Assembly: GCA_963663805.2 (NCBI GenBank)
Contig: CAXXMR010000020.1
Coordinates: forward strand, 128,001 to 192,000
Origin: Sedimentisphaerales bacterium
Lineage (GTDB): Bacteria; Planctomycetota; Phycisphaerae; Sedimentisphaerales; SM23-30
Direction of reading: 5' to 3'
DNA: 64,000 nt
A program made the position numbers and the translations under genes. Below are positions 59,348 to 64,000 of this stretch, in pieces. The number at the start of each line of letters is the position of its first letter. Position 1 is the first letter of the stretch. Under the pieces are notes generated by a model. It saw nothing but the letters and a program-made list of their open reading frames with translations, was not told the origin of the DNA and did not search any database.

Positions 59348-61979
59348 TTACCGTATTTTATCTTCGGATGATTTTTTGCCTATTACGGCATCAAAAACTG
59401 TCAAGCCCTCAATAGGCTTTTTTTGTCTGGGCAGAACCAGACTGACGATCGAACCGATGGTAAAACAAAGTACGACCCCGGCGATAGCGTTGAGCACTCC
59501 GCACATCGGCGTAAACTTCTGCAAGAGGAACAAGGCCACCGCACCTAGTAACGCTCCCAGTAACGCTCCCAGGCCGGTAGTGTGTCTGGTAAAAATCCCC
59601 AGCATAAACAGCCCGCACATAATCCCGCCGAACAAACCCATCACCGTTACCAGAAATACCTCATAAGCCGAACGAATATCCGATATCACCAACAGCAAAG
59701 CCGAAGCCGTGCCCAGCATGCCCAGTAAAAGCGTTAAGACCCGAGCGGTTCTCAGATAACCGCGTTCCGTCTTCACTAGATTAAAACGCCGAATAATATC
59801 AGTTGTAATAGTACTGGAGACACTGTTGATACTTGTGGATATAGTCGATTGAGCTGCCGCGAATATCCCCGCTATAACCATTCCCGCCAAACCCACCGGC
59901 ATTTGATGCGAGATGAATTGCGGAAAAATAGCATCGGTTTTGAACGTCGGGTCCAGAAGTTCCGGGTTCTCTTTATAAAATACGAACAAGGCTGTACCCA
60001 GCACGAAAAATAAGATCGCCGCTAAAAATGAAAGGATACCATTTATCCAGATAGCGCCTGCGGCTTGCTTCTGAGTAGGCGTAACCATATAACGCTGAAC
60101 CACCGCCTGGTCCGAAGAGTAGGGCACGATCAATTGACCGATCCCGCCCAGTATAACAACCCAGAAAGCCGTAGTTGTAAAACTCGTTGTACTCCAGTCC
60201 CAGTTTATCATATGAAGTTTATGTTCGGTATTAGCGATTGATACAAACCCTGCGAATCCGCCGTCAACATTAGCGATAATAAGTATAAAACTCGCCACTG
60301 CCGTGCCCAGCAGGATTACACTTTGGATCGAATCCGTCCAGACCACCGCGATAATCCCGCCCATTGTGCAGTAAAGCGTACTGATAACCCCCATAATCAA
60401 GACACACTGAATTTCGCTCAAAGGCGTCACCGCCGCCAAAGCCAGAGCCGGCAGATACAATACTATCGCCATCCGGCCCACCTGAAAAACCGCGAACAAA
60501 AGACTGCAAAACAGCCGCACTTCAATATTGAATCGCTTCTCCAGATACTCATAAGCACTGACCGCGTCAATTTGCCGAAAGAACGGCAGCACATACTTGA
60601 TCGTAAAAGGTGTAATCGCGAGAATCGGCAGACTAAGCAGCAGAAATACCAAATCGGTAGCGTAAGCCTTCGCCGGCACAGCGATAAAGCAAATCGAGCT
60701 TAGCAGGGTCGCGAACATACTCAGCCCTGCCAGCGTTTTATTTATCTGCTTGCCGCCCCGGAAAAAATCATCGGTGTTTTTATTGCGAAACGAGAAAAAG
60801 TAACCAACGCCCACCATGGCCGCCAGATAAACCGCCAAAGTAATGAAGTTAACGACACCGAAATCCTTTTTGATTGAGACTGGCGTAAGTTTCCAGCTTT
60901 GAGTTGTCCGCACCCGCGGCTTGATCTCACCGCCTGCCAATATGAAACCGCCATCCCACCGCACCGCTGTCGTAGTAACAGGCCCTGCCGGCATTATTCC
61001 TGCCGCTACCCATGTATTCGTAATGGTATGATAAGCGTAAATCTCATGGGCAAAACCGGGATGGTCCAGTTTTAACTCCTCTGCCGCGGCAAAATGATCG
61101 CCCGGATCGCCGCCCAGTACGAAAATATGGCTTTGCCCTACAGAGATGTCCTGCACCTGCCATTACACAAGCCGGTACATCCGCTCTCTTACGCCACATA
61201 CCAACATCGCCGGAGGGATTGTATTCGTAAAAATCGTTAAGGAATTCCGCAGCGGATGTCTCTGTTTCTGACCTGCGGCCGCTCATAACATAAACGCAAT
61301 TTGCGAATCCGTTATGTTGACCCGTTGTGATATGAAATGCCCGATTTGGCCCGGGCCATCCCTCCAGCTCTTGCCAACCAAACTCATCCGTCCCGAAGTT
61401 ACCTGTGTCCAGCACAAGAAAATCATTTGTGGCCGTATCCAGCGTCAAGCCACGCTGCCCACCCGCCAGATAAATCTTATCGCCAACCATTGTCGCGGAT
61501 GTAAACACACATCCCGCCGGTAATGACGGCAGATATTCCTGCTTAACACTTGCGGTCGCGTCATCCCACCTTAAAATAAAAACCTTTTCAAAAACCGTTT
61601 CTCCATCACAACCGCCGATGCAAAATACCCCGCGATTTGTCGATACCGACCCGCCGTAGCCCACCGGATAGTCAAGCCTGCCTCCGTCTCGCCATTCATA
61701 TTTCACCTCACCTTCAGGCGAGTTTATTTTGCGTAATACCCATATCCTGTCGCTCCATTCCTTTTTGTTTTCCCATACCGGTTCTGCGAAATTCGCGCCG
61801 CCCGCTAGAATAACCACATCATTATGAACCCCTGTAAAAGCACCGCCCACTCCCGGTGCTGCCGGCAGATCCGGTAGGCTTTGCCATTCGAAATATTCTT
61901 TATTATCCACCCCAGGACTAATATTCACGCTAACCAGAATAAAAAATATCGCCGTCAAAAACAGTTTCGTATAATGCAT
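59348..61979 (-). pseudogene. Kelch-repeat (NanM mutarotase-like) plus sodium:solute symporter fusion, frameshift near 61150
   Basis: AGGANF, GGEIKPRVRT kelch motifs; SAYEYLEKRF, DQAVVQRY; one extra base in GCA GGA C ATC TCT GTA. Confidence 0.82.
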
Positions 61980-62005
61980 ACAATCTCTTTCTTTTTGATC
62001 TGTTT

Positions 62006-63049
62006 CTAAAACCCGTAATGCATCACTTTGCACAGTTCTTCGATTACCGCCACAGCATTTTCGATCGGCGTTTCCTCAGGTATCGGCTTGCCGGTCTCCA
62101 GAAACAGTCCGCCGCCCCGGCTGAGTATTTCAACTGCCCGCCGAACTTCCTTACGTGCTTCAGCCGCGCTGCCAGACGAAATACTTCCCTGCGTACCGAT
62201 CCCGCCGCGGAAGGTCAGGTCTTTACCGAACTCACGTTTAATATAGCCGATATTCATCGCCTCAGCCTGCAGCGGATGAAAAACCTGCAAGCCGATATCA
62301 ATAAAGTCCGCCATGATATCCGTATTATCCCCGCACGAATGATGCATGACAACCTTGCCCGCTTTGCTAATCTTATCATATAGCTGCGCCAGACGCGGCT
62401 TGAAGAATTCCAGAAAAATTTTCCGGCTTATCATCAGCCCACGCTGTGCTCCGTAATCATCACCAATAGTTACCCCGTCGATCGGCAGCGTCAGAACCTT
62501 ATCCAACGCCTTGAAATGCATCTCCATCAGGATATCCAACGCTTCATGCACAAAACTGCTTTCCAGCAGATAATCCATAAGAGTTTGTTCCAGTCCGCGT
62601 AAAGCCCATAATCTTTCGCCAAACGTCATCGAAAACTGATAGAATATAAAGCAGTCCGGATTAGCTTTACGTATCGCCAGGATTCGTTCAATCTCTGATT
62701 CCGGCACCAGATCGATCTGAGGTATCTTTTTCGCGTCCGGCTCTTTGAGATATGGATTGACACACATAAATCCACCGTGTTCATAGCGATATTCCGATCC
62801 GAACCAGTCGCAAAATCCCTTTGACGTAACATAGCTACACTCCAGAGGCCAGAGAATGCGAATAATATCATCTTGTGGGCAAGGCCATTGACTTCTAGGC
62901 CCCCACATCTCCACTAGCTTTTCTTCGATAGGTTTCGCCAGATATAACGTCCACGGTATACGCGGAGGCTGATGATGATTAACTGCCCGCAATGCCAGCT
63001 CCCGGGAAGTCAAAGTGTCCGTACTGTTATCAGCTTTTGTTTTTTCCAT
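62006..63049 (-). CDS. Uroporphyrinogen decarboxylase family protein
   Basis: GDDYGAQ, HSCGD, KREFGKDLTFRGGIGTQ, ETPIEN. Confidence 0.88.
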   Translation of the reverse strand: MEKTKADNSTDTLTSRELALRAVNHHQPPRIPWTLYLAKPIEEKLVEMWGPRSQWPCPQDDIIRILWPLECSYVTSKGFCDWFGSEYRYEHGGFMCVNPYLKEPDAKKIPQIDLVPESEIERILAIRKANPDCFIFYQFSMTFGERLWALRGLEQTLMDYLLESSFVHEALDILMEMHFKALDKVLTLPIDGVTIGDDYGAQRGLMISRKIFLEFFKPRLAQLYDKISKAGKVVMHHSCGDNTDIMADFIDIGLQVFHPLQAEAMNIGYIKREFGKDLTFRGGIGTQGSISSGSAAEARKEVRRAVEILSRGGGLFLETGKPIPEETPIENAVAVIEELCKVMHYGF

Positions 63050-63153
63050 TTTATTTATTTTCCATTTCGATATTTTTTAGAATTTAATACGCTCAAAATG
63101 ACAGAGCTGGGGGATTAATTAAAACTTAACTTTTGCAAAACTCTAGTTAAAAT

Positions 63154-63756
63154 TTAGTCCTTATCGATCTGTAGCATATCAGCCAAATGACGATAATGAT
63201 TGGCTATCGATCTTGCCGCGACTCTGCTGTCTTTCTTAGCGATAGCTTTAAGAATAGATTCATGCGAAGATGCGCCAGGCCCTTCCAGGTGATGGATAAA
63301 CTGTTCCGTTTTGTTCAGCCGCTCCAGGACATGAAAGATCATCGCGTACCATTGCAGTAGCTTAGGTCGGACCATCGTGCTGAGAATCTCGCCGCCCGCG
63401 AACCTTATCACCGCCATGTGAAAATCTATATCCCATTTCCGGAATGTTTCCACATCTTTTCCCCGCTTGGCTTTCTCCAGTTCCCCGACGATATTTGCGA
63501 GATATTCCAGATGACCTTGTGTTGCACTCGCCGCCAGCGTATAAAACGCGCCCGTTTCTACTGACAGCCGTAGCTTATAAATATCCCGGGCGATCACCGG
63601 GTCAGAAAAATCCACCAGAAACGAACCGCGATTGCCCACTGTCTTGATCCAGCCTTCGCTACGCAACCGGGTGATTGCCTCACGCACCGGCCCATTACTC
63701 ATATTCAACACTTTGGCAATCGCAGACTCGGTAATTTTTCCGCCATATCTGATCGC
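63154..63756 (-). pseudogene. GntR/FCD regulator, apparently 5'-truncated
   Basis: ITESAIAKVLNMSNGPVREAITRL, DIDFH; first HTH helix and a credible start/RBS are not visible. Confidence 0.6.
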
Positions 63757-63900
63757 CTGGGATGACTCAACGCTTTCGACGGGGAAAACAACTTCACAAA
63801 TGATGTAACATTTTAGCCAAGTGAAGCAAATTCTATAGCTTTTGGGTTGGCTTGTGCAAAAAAAAGACAAAAAAAACTTCAAAATGTTAAGATGGGTAAT

Positions 63901-63929
63901 TTGCGCTATTGCGTGTAATGGTTTATAGT
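63901..63929 (+). promoter_or_regulatory. Sigma70-type promoter before an ORF that starts at 63936 and runs off the window
   Basis: TTGCGC-N17-TATAGT. Confidence 0.5.
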
Positions 63930-64000
63930 TTCAGCATGATGAAGCCGAATGCTGAACAGGCTATCGCCGACCTGGCCTTAGAGCAGGAATTGACTGCGGA

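Noticed and set aside
1..64000. tRNA, rRNA, integron or prophage
   Set aside because: No cloverleaf or rRNA signatures, tyrosine integrase or phage structural genes were recognised by eye; tRNAscan and Infernal were not run

Overview
Bacterial chromosomal window. Gene content (prepilin-type DUF1559-like protein, PEP-CTERM protein, many secreted proteins ending in a dockerin/EF-hand-like 'D-x-N-x-D-x-x-V-[ND]-x-x-D...W-L' motif) suggests Planctomycetota, probably Phycisphaerae; this is inference only. From left to right the window holds: (i) an IS21 end beside a group II intron DV/DVI-like hairpin, then asnB and a sugar transferase, an AraC regulator, a LamG-sialidase and a Gfo/Idh/MocA oxidoreductase; (ii) a complete IS4; (iii) a 13-kb glycan-utilisation-like operon (prepilin-like, PEP-CTERM, large secreted protein, XylR-type regulator, GH38, SSS transporter, FG-GAP protein); (iv) a FAD oxidoreductase, DUF4434, NfnAB/SudAB, DeoR and a fused E1alpha/beta plus frameshifted E2 dehydrogenase; (v) an IS1634 interrupted by an IS3-family element that carries a promoter-driven structured 3' non-coding region; (vi) a 12.5-kb array of four mosaic GLUG or BspA-LRR surface-protein genes sharing near-identical DNA modules; (vii) an indel-free 15 x 20-bp non-coding tandem array; (viii) an IS cluster (IS66 remnant, complete IS21, frameshift-type DDE IS); (ix) a kelch-SSS fusion, a UroD-family gene and a 5'-truncated GntR. 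No rRNA, tRNA or CRISPR array was seen. Several single-base frameshifts may be assembly errors. All family calls come from motif recognition by eye, not from database searches.
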